A DNA stretch of 64,000 bases from an uncultured Eubacterium sp. (GTDB taxonomy: Bacteria; Bacillota; Clostridia; Lachnospirales; Lachnospiraceae): the NCBI GenBank assembly GCA_964436595.1, contig CAYTDI010000006.1, positions 16,474 to 80,473 of the forward strand. Reading direction: 5' to 3'. The translations under genes and the position numbers were made by a program. How positions within the stretch are numbered: the stretch's first letter is position 1; each line of letters opens with the position of its first letter. Shown here in pieces: positions 48,123-58,836 of the stretch. The notes beneath the pieces were generated by a model. It was not told where the DNA came from and made no database searches. It was given only the letters and a program-made list of their open reading frames with translations.

Positions 48123-48300
48123 ACTCTATCTTCCTTCCTGATTACTTTAGCATATTAAAGTTTATTAGTATTAATATAGTATATTTATGCAAGAATTTCA
48201 ACTAAAAAAGACATTTTTCTTTTTCATAACTAATATAACCTATGCTTATATATCTTTGTTCGTATCATTATCATATGTTATTTTATAATTTTTTATATGT

Positions 48301-48332
48301 AAAAACAGGATATTTGAATATATCCTGTTTTC
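48301..48332 (-). terminator. Intrinsic terminator of queA
   Basis: AAACAGGATAT/ATATCCTGTTT stem flanked by A and T runs. Confidence 0.8.
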
Positions 48333-48345
48333 GTTTTCCATATAG

Positions 48346-49371
48346 TTATTGTATAAACATGGCATCTCCAAAGCTGAAAAAACGATACTTTTCGTCTACT
48401 GCCGTCTTATAAGCATCTATAATATGCTCACGTCCTGCCAGTGCAGACACCAACATAACCAAAGTAGACTCCGGAAGATGGAAATTAGTAATCAACGCAT
48501 CCAATACTTTAAACTGATATCCCGGATAAATAAAAATATCAGTCCAACCACTACATTCCCGCAAAGTACCATCTTCAGCCGCTGCCGACTCTATGGTTCG
48601 ACAACTAGTAGTTCCCACGCAAATTACTCTGCCTCCCTTTTTCTTGGTTTCATTGATAATATCGGCAGCCTCCTGTGTCACCATATAAAATTCTGAATGC
48701 ATATGATGGTCTTGCACGTTTTCTACCTTAACAGGACGAAATGTTCCCAGTCCCACATGCAAGGTTACTTCTGCAATTCTGATTCCTTTTTCTTTGATTT
48801 GTGCTAACAGCTCCGGTGTAAAATGAAGTCCTGCCGTAGGTGCTGCCGCAGAACCATCGTGTTTTGCATATACGGTCTGATACCGTTTCTTGTCCTTTAA
48901 CTGATGTGTAATATAGGGTGGCAATGGCATCTGCCCCAGCTTATCCAAAATTTCCTCAAAGATTCCTTCGTAAGAAAACTGTATCAAACGGTTTCCATCC
49001 TCTACAACCTCTAACACTTCTCCTACCAAAAGTCCCTGTCCGAAAATAATTTTTGTTCCCGGTTTTGCCTTTTTCCCGGGTTTTACTAAAGTTTCCCAAA
49101 TATCATTTTCCTTACGTTTCAAAAGAAGTATCTCGATTTTTGCCTGTGTTCCTTCTTTTTCACCAAACAATCTCGCCGGAATGACTTTGGTGTTATTCAA
49201 CACCAAACAGTCCTCCGGTTTCAAATAATTGATAATGTGTTTAAAGTCTGTATGCTCCATTTCTCCAGTTTCTTTATTTAATACCAAGAGTCTGGAACTG
49301 GAACGATCCTCCAAAGGATCTTGGGCTATCAATTCCTGTGGTAAGTCATAATAAAAATCTTTAACGTCCAT
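48346..49371 (-). CDS. queA: S-adenosylmethionine:tRNA ribosyltransferase-isomerase
   Basis: 341 aa. Motifs [12 protein letters not shown] and [10 protein letters not shown]. Confidence 0.95.
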   Translation of the reverse strand: MDVKDFYYDLPQELIAQDPLEDRSSSRLLVLNKETGEMEHTDFKHIINYLKPEDCLVLNNTKVIPARLFGEKEGTQAKIEILLLKRKENDIWETLVKPGKKAKPGTKIIFGQGLLVGEVLEVVEDGNRLIQFSYEGIFEEILDKLGQMPLPPYITHQLKDKKRYQTVYAKHDGSAAAPTAGLHFTPELLAQIKEKGIRIAEVTLHVGLGTFRPVKVENVQDHHMHSEFYMVTQEAADIINETKKKGGRVICVGTTSCRTIESAAAEDGTLRECSGWTDIFIYPGYQFKVLDALITNFHLPESTLVMLVSALAGREHIIDAYKTAVDEKYRFFSFGDAMFIQ

Positions 49372-51791
49372 TACTTCCTCAATTCTATTCCCATTTCTTC
49401 TAATGCTTTTAATATTTTCTTCATCGCCGGTGTATAATCACTTTCTTCCAAGGTCTTATCCTTTGCACGGAAAGTCAATGAATATGCTACGGATTTGAAG
49501 CCTGCACGAATCTGTGCACCTTCATAAATATCAAATAACTGGTAGCTTTCTAAATACTGACCACCTTTTTCGTCAAATACTTTTTCAATGTCACCAACCA
49601 TAATATCTTTTTTCATTACCATACTGATATCACGGGTCACTGCCGGGAAGTTTGCGATTCCCTTGTACTTACGGTCAAAGCTTGCCATTTCTACAATATA
49701 AGGCATATCAATTACAGCTACATAAACTCTGTCCTTAATTGCATAGTTTTCTGCAACTGTTGGATGTACTTCTCCTAAGTAACCAATCACTTTTCCATCA
49801 TAAATAATATTTGCCTGTCTTCCCGGATGAAGGAATGTCTTTCCTGCATTTGGATCATAGGTTTCTTTTCCATGAAGTCCTGCATGGTCTAAAAATTCTT
49901 CTACCACACCTTTCATGGTAAAGAAGTCTCCCTCTCCGTACATTCCAAGGGTAAACTGCATACGTTCCTCCGGTAATTCTGTTACCGGAACCTGTTTTGG
50001 AAGATAAATATTTCCCAATTCGTAAAGACGTACATCTTTGTTTCTTCTATTATAATTAGTAGAAAGTGAAGTCAACATACCATTTAAGGAAGTTGTTCGC
50101 ATGATACTAAAGTCCTCTCCTAATGGATTGGAAATCACTACTGTTTTTCTTAATTCACTGTCTTCTGGTAATAATAACTTATCAAATACCTTAGGACTTT
50201 CAAAGGAATATGTCATCCCCTGACTGAATCCGCAGAATTCTGCTACTTCTCTTGCTACATCTTCTACGCGCATCTTAAAGGATTTTTTACCTGCGGTTGC
50301 TTCTCCGCTTGGCAAGGTAGTTGGAATATTGGCATATCCATAGAATCTTGCTACTTCCTCTGCCATGTCTGCTAAACGCTCTAAATCCTGACGCCAAGAT
50401 GGAACAATGACCTCATCCTTTTCATAGTCATAATCTAAATCAATTTTCTTAAAGTAACCAATCATGGTTTCTTTTTCTATTTCTGTTCCTAAAAGTTTAT
50501 TTACTTTATCTGCATCAAAAGGAATTCTTCTTCCCTCTTTTACTTTTCCATAAACATCTACTACGCCACCAACTACTTCACCGGCACCTAATTCTTCAAT
50601 TAATTGGCAAGCTCGATTGATTGCCTCAATAGCATTGTTTGGATCTAAGCCTTTTTCAAACTTTCCAGATGCATCTGTTCTTAATCCTACCTTTTTACTT
50701 GAAAGACGAATATTTGTTCCATCAAAGCATGCTGCTTCAAACAACATAGTCTTTACATTGTCTGTAATCATGGAGTTTTCACCGCCCATGATACCTGCAA
50801 TACCGATTGCTTTCTCTCCGTCACAAATCATCAATACGGAATCATCCATAATACGTTCCTGACCATCTAAGGTAACAAATTTTTCTCCCTTTTGGGCGCA
50901 ACGTACATTGATTTCTTTTCCTGCAATCGTATCTAAATCATATGCATGCATTGGCTGACCATATTCTTCCATAACATAGTTAGTAATATCTACAATATTG
51001 TTAATTGGACGTATTCCCTGAGAAGCTAATCTTCTCTGCATCCATTTTGGTGATGGTGCAATCTTGATATTTTTTACCACTCTTGCGCAATATCTTGGGC
51101 ACAACTCTGTATCATGCACATTTACTTTAATGTAATCTGCTGCATTTTCATTGTTTCCGGTTTCTGTTACAACCGGCGGACAAAATTCCTTGTCAAATGT
51201 AGCCGCTGCCTCTCTTGCAATTCCAAGGATTCCAAAGCAGTCTACACGGTTAGATGTGATTTCGTATTCTACTACCACATCATCTAAACCTAATGCATGA
51301 ATTGCACTTTCTCCTACTACTGCATCATCCTCAAAAATGTAGATTCCATTTTCCGGTGCTTCCGGATACATTTCGCTGGTAGAACCAAGTTCTTCAATAG
51401 AACAAAGCATTCCGTTAGATGGAACTCCTCTTAATTTTCCTTTTTTTATTTTCACACCGCCCGGTGTTTTCTTACCATCATGTCCGCCTGCAACTCTTCC
51501 ACCATCTAATACAACCGGAACTTTCTGTCCTTCTTTTACATTCGGTGCTCCGGTTACAATCTGAATATTTTCTCCGGTTCCAACATTCACCTGACAGATT
51601 ACTAATTTGTCTGCATCCGGATGCTTTTCAATCTTTTCAATCTGTCCAATTACAATTTTTTCTAAGTCTGCATCCAGCTTTTCATAGCCTTCTACTTTTG
51701 AACCGGAAAGTGTCATTGCGTCTGTGTATTCCTGTGCTGTCACATCTAAATCCGGCACATATGCTTTTATCCATGATAATGATGTATTCAT
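49371..51791 (-). CDS. pheT: Phenylalanine--tRNA ligase beta subunit
   Basis: 806 aa with tRNA-binding, B3/4, B5 and FDX-ACB regions. Confidence 0.97.
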   Translation of the reverse strand: MNTSLSWIKAYVPDLDVTAQEYTDAMTLSGSKVEGYEKLDADLEKIVIGQIEKIEKHPDADKLVICQVNVGTGENIQIVTGAPNVKEGQKVPVVLDGGRVAGGHDGKKTPGGVKIKKGKLRGVPSNGMLCSIEELGSTSEMYPEAPENGIYIFEDDAVVGESAIHALGLDDVVVEYEITSNRVDCFGILGIAREAAATFDKEFCPPVVTETGNNENAADYIKVNVHDTELCPRYCARVVKNIKIAPSPKWMQRRLASQGIRPINNIVDITNYVMEEYGQPMHAYDLDTIAGKEINVRCAQKGEKFVTLDGQERIMDDSVLMICDGEKAIGIAGIMGGENSMITDNVKTMLFEAACFDGTNIRLSSKKVGLRTDASGKFEKGLDPNNAIEAINRACQLIEELGAGEVVGGVVDVYGKVKEGRRIPFDADKVNKLLGTEIEKETMIGYFKKIDLDYDYEKDEVIVPSWRQDLERLADMAEEVARFYGYANIPTTLPSGEATAGKKSFKMRVEDVAREVAEFCGFSQGMTYSFESPKVFDKLLLPEDSELRKTVVISNPLGEDFSIMRTTSLNGMLTSLSTNYNRRNKDVRLYELGNIYLPKQVPVTELPEERMQFTLGMYGEGDFFTMKGVVEEFLDHAGLHGKETYDPNAGKTFLHPGRQANIIYDGKVIGYLGEVHPTVAENYAIKDRVYVAVIDMPYIVEMASFDRKYKGIANFPAVTRDISMVMKKDIMVGDIEKVFDEKGGQYLESYQLFDIYEGAQIRAGFKSVAYSLTFRAKDKTLEESDYTPAMKKILKALEEMGIELRK

Positions 51792-51804
51792 AATTTCCTC
51801 CTAC

Positions 51805-52824
51805 CTAAAACTGTTTTAAGAAACGGTCATCGTTTTCATACAGTAATCTCATATCGTCAATTTCATATTTTAACAATGCAATACGCTCTAAACCTACACC
51901 AAAAGCAAAGCCGGAATACTCTTCCGGATCAATTCCGCTCATTTCCAATACTCTTGGATGTACCATACCACATCCTAAAATCTCAATCCAACCTTCACCC
52001 TTGCAGAATCGGCATCCCTTGCCACCACATTTAAAGCAGGTAACATCTACTTCTGCACTTGGCTCTGTAAATGGGAAATGATGTGGACGGAATTTTACTT
52101 TTGTATCTTCTCCAAATAATTCTTTTGCAAATTCCTGTAATGTTCCTTTTAAGTCCGCAAAAGTAACGTTTTTATCAATTACCAATCCCTCTATCTGATG
52201 GAAAGATGGGGAATGTGTTGCATCTACTTCGTCTGCACGGAATACTCTTCCCGGTGCAATCATACGAATCGGTAATTTTCCTTTTTCCATTTCACGCACC
52301 TGTACCGGTGAAGTTTGTGTACGAAGTACGATTTTATCATTAATATAGAATGTGTCCTGTTCATCCTTAGCCGGATGATTGGCAGGAATATTTAATGCCT
52401 CGAAGTTATAATAGTCGTACTCTACTTCCGGTCCTTCTACTACTTCATATCCCATACCAATAAAAATACGTTCTACTTCTTCTAATGCAATGGTATTTGG
52501 ATGACGATGACCTACACGATTCTTCTTTGCCGGAAGAGTAACATCGATTACTTCCTGTTTTAATCGAATATCACGCTCTGCTGCTTCCATTTTACGTTTT
52601 GTTTCTTCTATGAGTTTTTCAATACTCTCTCTTGTCTCATTTACTAACTGTCCTACCTTTGGACGCTCCTCAGCTTGAACATCTTTCATTCCTTTTAATA
52701 CAGCAGTCAGTTCACCCTTTTTTCCAAGAAAGGCAACTCTGACTTCATTTAATTTTTCCAGTCCATCAGAATTTTGAATCTCACGGACTGCGTCTGCTTT
52801 GATTTTTTCCAGTTTTTCTTTCAT
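51805..52824 (-). CDS. pheS: Phenylalanine--tRNA ligase alpha subunit
   Basis: 339 aa. Class II motifs: [12 protein letters not shown] and [11 protein letters not shown]. Confidence 0.97.
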   Translation of the reverse strand: MKEKLEKIKADAVREIQNSDGLEKLNEVRVAFLGKKGELTAVLKGMKDVQAEERPKVGQLVNETRESIEKLIEETKRKMEAAERDIRLKQEVIDVTLPAKKNRVGHRHPNTIALEEVERIFIGMGYEVVEGPEVEYDYYNFEALNIPANHPAKDEQDTFYINDKIVLRTQTSPVQVREMEKGKLPIRMIAPGRVFRADEVDATHSPSFHQIEGLVIDKNVTFADLKGTLQEFAKELFGEDTKVKFRPHHFPFTEPSAEVDVTCFKCGGKGCRFCKGEGWIEILGCGMVHPRVLEMSGIDPEEYSGFAFGVGLERIALLKYEIDDMRLLYENDDRFLKQF

Positions 52825-52899
52825 TGTTTTTCTCCTCTAAATTTTAATGTGATTGTTTCATTGAGGTACTTTTCTCCATCCGGCTCTACTTATTCCCGC

Positions 52900-52993
52900 A
52901 ACTATGAGAAACACACTTTGCGAGTTTTACAAGTTATCGTGGCAGTCGTCAAGGCCTCGTGCAAGCACGGACTTTGGCTCGTTGCTTCGCGTA
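52900..52993 (-). repeat. Copy B of the ~93-nt intergenic repeat, inserted between the T-box terminator and the pheS RBS
   Basis: See copy A at 25153-25245. Confidence 0.7.
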
Positions 52994-53267
52994 AAAAAAG
53001 TCCCTATGTCAGTTTTCAACCAACATAGGGACGAAATATTCCGCGGTACCACCCTGCTTCTTAAGAAACAATTCTTAAACTCTTCATTATTGCGTAACGT
53101 GCACATCTACGTCATATCTTATTCTTACTCTTTTCATTTCAGATATGCAGCTCTGGTGGGAAATTCGATTGCTTTCTTTTCTTAAAAGGACTTCCAGCCG
53201 ATGATCCTCTCTCTCTGCAAGCAGTGTAGCTCTCTACTTAACACCTTCATTGCCTTTTTCACTCATG
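52993..53267 (-). promoter_or_regulatory. T-box riboswitch leader of pheST
   Basis: On the minus strand: the T-box sequence GCAGGGTGGTACCGCGG (53041-53057), the terminator GTCCCTATGT-loop-ACATAGGGAC plus a T7 run (52993-53032), and upstream AGAGA-type Stem I elements. A GAAUUUCC segment contains candidate Phe codons. Confidence 0.8.
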
Positions 53268-53273
53268 GATATT

Positions 53274-53302
53274 ATTCTAGCACGAGAAAAATAAAAGTGC
53301 AA
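53274..53302 (-). promoter_or_regulatory. SigmaA-type promoter of the pheST leader
   Basis: TTGCAC-17 nt-TAGAAT on the minus strand. Confidence 0.5.
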
Positions 53303-53309
53303 GTGTTTT

Positions 53310-54131
53310 TTACTTTCTCTTTTCTGCCCAGCGTTCCTCATAAATATTATTTACTTCTGCCGCTACCAATAAAATATACATTCCAAAATACAGCCAAAGC
53401 ATCACTAACACAATTGTTGTCAAGCTTCCATACATGGAAAAACCATTGAAATAGTCTACATATACTGATATTCCAAAGGACAGCAATGCCCATCCTACTG
53501 CACTCATAATACTTCCCGGTAATTGACTGCGTATGGATGCCTTACGGTTTGGAAGCATTTTGTACATCACAGCAAAAAATACAATTAAGACCGCAAGCAA
53601 AATCAAGGAACGCAGTCGAATAATTCCGCCTGTCATTTCTGATATAAAAGGCATATATTTTAATAACAGCTTTTGCAGACTATGCCCAAACACCATCAAA
53701 ATCAAAGACACTATAATACTAATCAAAAGCATCAATGTATACAAAATTGCCCTTAAACGCAAAAATAACCAGTTTCTCGTTTCTTCTATATCGTATACCG
53801 TATTCAACCCATTGGTTAAGTACTGAATCCCCTTTGCCGCTGACCAAATTGCTACTACCGCTGTCACGGAAATAATTCCGATAGAATGACTGTACATTTC
53901 ATGAATAATAGAAATCAAAAACGGAGAAATATAAGTCGGCATTACCCTATTTATCATTTCCATTATCATAGCCTCTGTTATGGGCGTATACTGCACTAGT
54001 GAAATAAACAACATGATAAATGGTATCAATGACATAACAATAAAAAATGCTGCCTGAGATGCAAATGCACTTACATTATCCTTTTTACATTTTTTCCAAA
54101 ATATCCTTGCACCTGCGATAACTCTCCACAT
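53310..54131 (-). CDS. YihY/BrkB-family membrane protein
   Basis: 273 aa and polytopic. FASQAAFFIVMSLIPF and YGSLTTIVLVMLWLYF are typical of the YihY family. Confidence 0.8.
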   Translation of the reverse strand: MWRVIAGARIFWKKCKKDNVSAFASQAAFFIVMSLIPFIMLFISLVQYTPITEAMIMEMINRVMPTYISPFLISIIHEMYSHSIGIISVTAVVAIWSAAKGIQYLTNGLNTVYDIEETRNWLFLRLRAILYTLMLLISIIVSLILMVFGHSLQKLLLKYMPFISEMTGGIIRLRSLILLAVLIVFFAVMYKMLPNRKASIRSQLPGSIMSAVGWALLSFGISVYVDYFNGFSMYGSLTTIVLVMLWLYFGMYILLVAAEVNNIYEERWAEKRK

Positions 54132-54168
54132 AACTTACTTCCTCCATATCAGGCATAATCTTATCCGT

Positions 54169-56400
54169 CTAATATATATTTTCTATTGTAATTCCCTGAT
54201 AAAATTTCATTAAAATATCCATATACGACATTCCCGCTTTTGCCATTCCATTTGCTCCATTCTGACTCATTCCAATACCATGCCCATATCCGCCACCATA
54301 TATCACATAGCCATTTTCTACCGGTATAATGGTAATATATGCACTAGGTAATAACGCCATATTGACTTCATTTCCATCTTTATTCGTTAATTTTTTCAAA
54401 GACTTTCCCAGAATGTATCGTATATTATATTCATTCATAACTTGCACACTTCCTTTTTCATAGGAAATCTGCATTTTTTTCACACATCCGCCCTCGCTTC
54501 GCTCTATGACACTCATTCCAACAATATTACCAAATTCTGTCAGCTCATTTATTGCCGCTTCAGAACCATCTGCCTTAAATAATTGTACATTTGCCGGATT
54601 CGTCTGTGTGCGTTCTGAAATTGCCTGATTTACACTTGCAATACTTTCTGCCGGATTCACTTCTGCTCTCCATCGAAAATACTGTGCCTCACTGTCATAT
54701 GCCACAATATCTTTATTTTGTATAAATGCCGAAAAAGCCTCTTCCGTTGAAAAGTCTGGTTGGCTTTCATCATTCAATAAAGTAACCGGCATTAAATATC
54801 CATACGCTTCTTCCTGTGGTAAATTCCACGCTGACATATTGTCCGTATGACCGCATGAAGTGGAAAAATAGTAAGCCTCTGCAATTTCACCGTTATATTT
54901 TATCACTTCTCCTACGGTATCGTCTACTGCAAGATTCGTTTTTTCCTCTTCTTCCTTTTTATTGTAAACCTGATAATTGGTACTATCGTCAATATTTGCT
55001 GCAAAAGCTGCATAGTTTCCTTTCATCAATTGAATACACGCATAACTTCTGGCACAAATTGCCTGCGCCCGTAACGCTTCTATTTCATAGGATGCCGGCA
55101 TCTCACTAGGCACTACACCATAAAGATATTTTTCTAATGAAACTTCATTTACTACGCCAAACCCTTCTGGATATTTGCGTATCTCCATATTTCCACGATA
55201 TCCAAGAGATGTTCTCTCACCGATATCATTACAAAAATACACTTTTCCCTCACCTGTTGGTACAATTCTCACAAAATCACTGCTTTCTGACGAAAACATG
55301 GCTGATGGTGTTATTACCTGTCCTGCCGGAACTGCAGTCTGACTTTCTCCAATAGAAACAGTACAATCCGTATCTGAAACAAATATGGGATTTTCCCTAT
55401 ATGGAGAATTATCATTTAACAGAAGTACACGAACATTTTCTATTTCCGCCGGTTGCTTTAATATAATACCGCATACCTTTTTTTCTGCCACAACAAAATC
55501 TGCCTGAAGATTTCCGATAACCAACTTAGATTCGTCTAACTGTTCTACCGTCCCATAGGTTTTGTATATTTTCAATTTTCCTTCATATTCCAGGGTTCCA
55601 TATCCCGAAATTTCAATCTGGTTTTCACTAAAACTTAAAACCTTTCCCTGAATCATATCTTCCTTTTTGTATACAGCAACTGTTTTGCCATTTTTCCATA
55701 CAATATCGCATATGGTATCTGTGATAGAATCCTCTAGTCCGGTAACCTCTACTGTAATCTTTTGTTTTTCATATAAAACCTGTATCTTCCCCTTTTCCGT
55801 GCTATGCACAAATACATTTTTCCATGTAATTTCTTTGGAAGATGTTGCTTTCACACCAATAATCTCGTTATCTTTTATATAAACCCGATAAGTATCATAC
55901 GGCTTAAAATAATCTACTGACTTTGATACCTGATAGTATCCTTCCTGTGTCAATATCTGTTGTTTCTTCGCCTTTGTAAAAAAAACAACGTCTTTGGTGG
56001 TAACTGCCTGATTCACGTCTAACAAATCCAAAATCTGCTCATAAACCTTATTCCATTCTTTTCTGGAAACAGTTTGCGATTCTGATTTTTTTTCATAAGA
56101 AACATACTTATCTATGGATAATTTTTTCAACAAATTTTCCATTTCTCCATAGGTCAGCTTGCCTTTTAAATTTTTGCCATTATTAATTTCCCTGATTACC
56201 TTCTCCCACTCTTGTTGGTCATAATAGGTAAAACTCATTTGACTTGACAACTCACTGATTGCTACATAATTCTCAGAATATCCACGTCCTATATTTTCTG
56301 TTTTTAAAATCTTTATTCCCGCAACGATTAGTAGTAATAAAACAATTATACCACCAATCATTATGTACTGTTTTGTATTTCCTATCCTTCTCTTTTTCAT
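54169..56400 (-). CDS. SpoIID/LytB-domain protein with a long N-terminal extension
   Basis: 743 aa with an N-terminal TM segment. The C-terminal half carries EMPASYEIEALRAQAICARSYA, YFSTSCGHT and HGIGMSQNGA. Confidence 0.8.
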   Translation of the reverse strand: MKKRRIGNTKQYIMIGGIIVLLLLIVAGIKILKTENIGRGYSENYVAISELSSQMSFTYYDQQEWEKVIREINNGKNLKGKLTYGEMENLLKKLSIDKYVSYEKKSESQTVSRKEWNKVYEQILDLLDVNQAVTTKDVVFFTKAKKQQILTQEGYYQVSKSVDYFKPYDTYRVYIKDNEIIGVKATSSKEITWKNVFVHSTEKGKIQVLYEKQKITVEVTGLEDSITDTICDIVWKNGKTVAVYKKEDMIQGKVLSFSENQIEISGYGTLEYEGKLKIYKTYGTVEQLDESKLVIGNLQADFVVAEKKVCGIILKQPAEIENVRVLLLNDNSPYRENPIFVSDTDCTVSIGESQTAVPAGQVITPSAMFSSESSDFVRIVPTGEGKVYFCNDIGERTSLGYRGNMEIRKYPEGFGVVNEVSLEKYLYGVVPSEMPASYEIEALRAQAICARSYACIQLMKGNYAAFAANIDDSTNYQVYNKKEEEEKTNLAVDDTVGEVIKYNGEIAEAYYFSTSCGHTDNMSAWNLPQEEAYGYLMPVTLLNDESQPDFSTEEAFSAFIQNKDIVAYDSEAQYFRWRAEVNPAESIASVNQAISERTQTNPANVQLFKADGSEAAINELTEFGNIVGMSVIERSEGGCVKKMQISYEKGSVQVMNEYNIRYILGKSLKKLTNKDGNEVNMALLPSAYITIIPVENGYVIYGGGYGHGIGMSQNGANGMAKAGMSYMDILMKFYQGITIENIY

Positions 56401-56432
56401 AATTTTCCCTATTCCATTTTATTTCATACGGT

Positions 56433-56466
56433 AAAGAGGCTGCTTAAAAAGCAGCCTCTTTCTTTT
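56433..56466. terminator. Strong hairpin 30 nt upstream of the SpoIID-like start (terminator or attenuator-like)
   Basis: AAAGAGGCTGC-N7-GCAGCCTCTTT. The T-tract is better on the plus strand than on the minus strand. Confidence 0.6.
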
Positions 56467-56770
56467 GTACTCTATTTCTTGTATTCATCCTTCGTACTTC
56501 TACAATTCTTTGGTAACTTGTGCGCAAGCTATCTTTTGTAAAAGCTATGATTCATACATCTCATTTGAATTTACCCCAAAATGCCGTTTCCTGTGATTTT
56601 GACGCCTAGCCTATGCTAGGTGGGTAACCGCAACCGTTCTTCTGTCTTCCGCTGCAAACGACGGCCTGACATCCAATTGGCAATATAGGAATCCCATGAA
56701 CGTAAATGTAGGTTCAAAATAACAGGGTATCGCACATCCCAGGAATCATTTCCGTTTCTTTCTAAAAATG
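56467..56770 (-). ncRNA. Candidate structured leader or ncRNA of unknown class
   Basis: About 300 nt with no ORF of 60 aa or more, visibly GC-richer than the flanking spacers, and containing several local hairpins (for example CCTAGC-N4-GCTAGG). It is bounded by a consensus promoter and the hairpin above. Confidence 0.35.
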
Positions 56771-56799
56771 ATTATACTCTATTATCTCACAAATTTCAA
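56771..56799 (-). promoter_or_regulatory. SigmaA-type promoter driving the leader
   Basis: TTGAAA-17 nt-TATAAT on the minus strand. Confidence 0.5.
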
Positions 56800-56848
56800 T
56801 GTAAAATTCTTGTCAATTTTTGGTTTTTTACTCAATCGTCTTTAAAGC

Positions 56849-57250
56849 TTATTTTTTCTGTAAATTTTCTATTTCAAATGCTCCCGGTAATAACTCTCCC
56901 AGTGTAGTTATTCTATAATCTTGTGCATCATTTGCAAGAATCACCTGTAAAGATGCATCTGCAAACTCTAAAAGTACCTGACGGCAAATACCGCACGGCG
57001 GTAAGTAATCTCCATGCTCTCCATTAATCACAATTTTCTCAAACTCTCGTTCTCCTGCTGAAACGGCCTTAAATACCGCTGTTCTTTCTGCGCAATTTGT
57101 CGCTCCAAAGCTGACATTTTCAATATTACAGCCGGTATATACCTTACCACTCTTTGTAAGTAATGCCGCTCCTACCCGAAAATTGGAATATGGAACATAG
57201 GCATGCTCTTTTGCCTCTATTGCTTTCATTATCAATGCTTGTATTTCCAT
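56849..57250 (-). CDS. cdd: Cytidine deaminase
   Basis: 133 aa. Motifs CAERTA and PCGICRQ (zinc ligands). Confidence 0.95.
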   Translation of the reverse strand: MEIQALIMKAIEAKEHAYVPYSNFRVGAALLTKSGKVYTGCNIENVSFGATNCAERTAVFKAVSAGEREFEKIVINGEHGDYLPPCGICRQVLLEFADASLQVILANDAQDYRITTLGELLPGAFEIENLQKK

Positions 57251-57471
57251 TCTCTTTTCTCCTTTTGGAAAGCTTTACATCTGACTATATTCTATCTTAT
57301 TTTCCCTTAAAAATCTATAAAAATAATCATTGGAATTCTAAAAAAAATATTAAATTTTCTTTATTTTCTTGTCTTGAAATAAATACATATGTTATGATAG
57401 GATAATCGGCAGTGTTTCACACAGTATCACTTTAACACTGTACTTTTAAAATATCCAGAAAGGGGTTTTAT

Positions 57472-58836
57472 ATGAACACGAATTATTTTTGCGAAATTAC
57501 ACCTGAAATTGCACATTTAGCAGAATTAAGCCGTCAGGCAGCAACTATAAATCCGGAACTTTTTACAACTTACGATGTAAAGCGTGGATTGCGTGACCTC
57601 AATGGAAAGGGCGTACTTGTTGGATTGACTGAAATTTCTGATGTCTGCTCCACTAAAATCGTAGATGGCAAATCTGTTCCAGCACCGGGTGAATTGTATT
57701 ACCGTGGTTATAACGTAAAAGATATTATCCGTGGATTATCTGACAATAACCATTTTGGGTTTGAGGAAAGTACATACCTGCTTTTATTTGGGAAACTTCC
57801 TACCTCAGAAGAATTAACTTCTTTCTGTCAGGTTCTTGCTAAGTATCGTACACTTCCTACCAGTTTTGTGCGTGATATTATTATGAAAGCACCAAGTCAG
57901 GACATGATGAATACACTTGCTCGTAGTGTTCTTACACTTTATTCTTATGATGACAGAGCAGATGATATTTCAATTCCAAATGTATTAAGACAATGTCTGG
58001 AATTGATTAGTCTTTTCCCGTTGCTTTCTGTATATGGGTATCAGGCATATAAGCATTACCATGATGGAGCCAGCCTTTTTATTCATACACCTGATCCAAA
58101 ACTATCTACTGCAGAGACAATTCTTCATCTTCTGCGCCCAGATAGTAAATATACGCCGTTAGAAGCAAAACTTTTAGATATCGCCCTGATTCTTCATATG
58201 GAACATGGCGGTGGTAATAACTCTACCTTTACTACACATCTTGTTTCTTCTTCCGGAACAGATACTTACTCTGCGATTGCAGCTTCTCTTGGTTCCTTAA
58301 AAGGACCTCGCCATGGTGGAGCAAATATCAAAGTAGTAAAAATGTTTGATGATATGAAGCAGCATATTCATGATTGGAATGACGAAGAAGAAATTGGTGC
58401 TTATCTTACTGCCCTTTTGCATAAGGAAGCATTTGACCATGCCGGACTTATCTATGGTATGGGTCATGCTGTTTACTCCTTATCTGACCCTCGTGCAGAA
58501 CTGTTTCGTTCTTTTGTACAGCGTCTGTCTAAGGAAAAAGGCCGTGAAGATGAATTTGCTTTGTATTCTACCGTAGAACGTCTTGCACCTCAAATCATTG
58601 CAAGAGAACGTAAAATTTATAAGGGTGTTAGTCCTAATGTAGACTTCTTCTCAGGATTTGCTTACAGTATGCTGGATTTACCATTAGAATTGTATACACC
58701 AATCTTTGCGATTGCACGAATTTCCGGTTGGAGTGCGCATCGTTTAGAGGAATTAAATTACAATGGAAAAATCATGCGTCCTGCTTACAAAAATGTACAG
58801 GAACACTTGGAATATATTCCAATGGAGCAAAGATAA
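57472..58836 (+). CDS. Citrate synthase (citrate/2-methylcitrate synthase family)
   Basis: 454 aa. Motifs HMEHGGGNNSTF, GPRHGGAN and GMGHAVY. Confidence 0.9.
   Translation: MNTNYFCEITPEIAHLAELSRQAATINPELFTTYDVKRGLRDLNGKGVLVGLTEISDVCSTKIVDGKSVPAPGELYYRGYNVKDIIRGLSDNNHFGFEESTYLLLFGKLPTSEELTSFCQVLAKYRTLPTSFVRDIIMKAPSQDMMNTLARSVLTLYSYDDRADDISIPNVLRQCLELISLFPLLSVYGYQAYKHYHDGASLFIHTPDPKLSTAETILHLLRPDSKYTPLEAKLLDIALILHMEHGGGNNSTFTTHLVSSSGTDTYSAIAASLGSLKGPRHGGANIKVVKMFDDMKQHIHDWNDEEEIGAYLTALLHKEAFDHAGLIYGMGHAVYSLSDPRAELFRSFVQRLSKEKGREDEFALYSTVERLAPQIIARERKIYKGVSPNVDFFSGFAYSMLDLPLELYTPIFAIARISGWSAHRLEELNYNGKIMRPAYKNVQEHLEYIPMEQR

Noticed and set aside
52774-53449. Three plus-strand ORFs (52774..53028, 52904..53185, 53201..53449)
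   Set aside because: They lie antisense to the pheS 5' end, the T-box leader and the yihY 3' end. The region is explained by the T-box and its promoter.
56618-56631. AGGTGGGTAACCGC on the plus strand, which resembles the T-box sequence GGGTGGTACCGCG
   Set aside because: It has an extra base relative to the consensus, no following terminator with a U-run, no Stem I elements upstream, and no plus-strand gene downstream (cdd is on the other strand).
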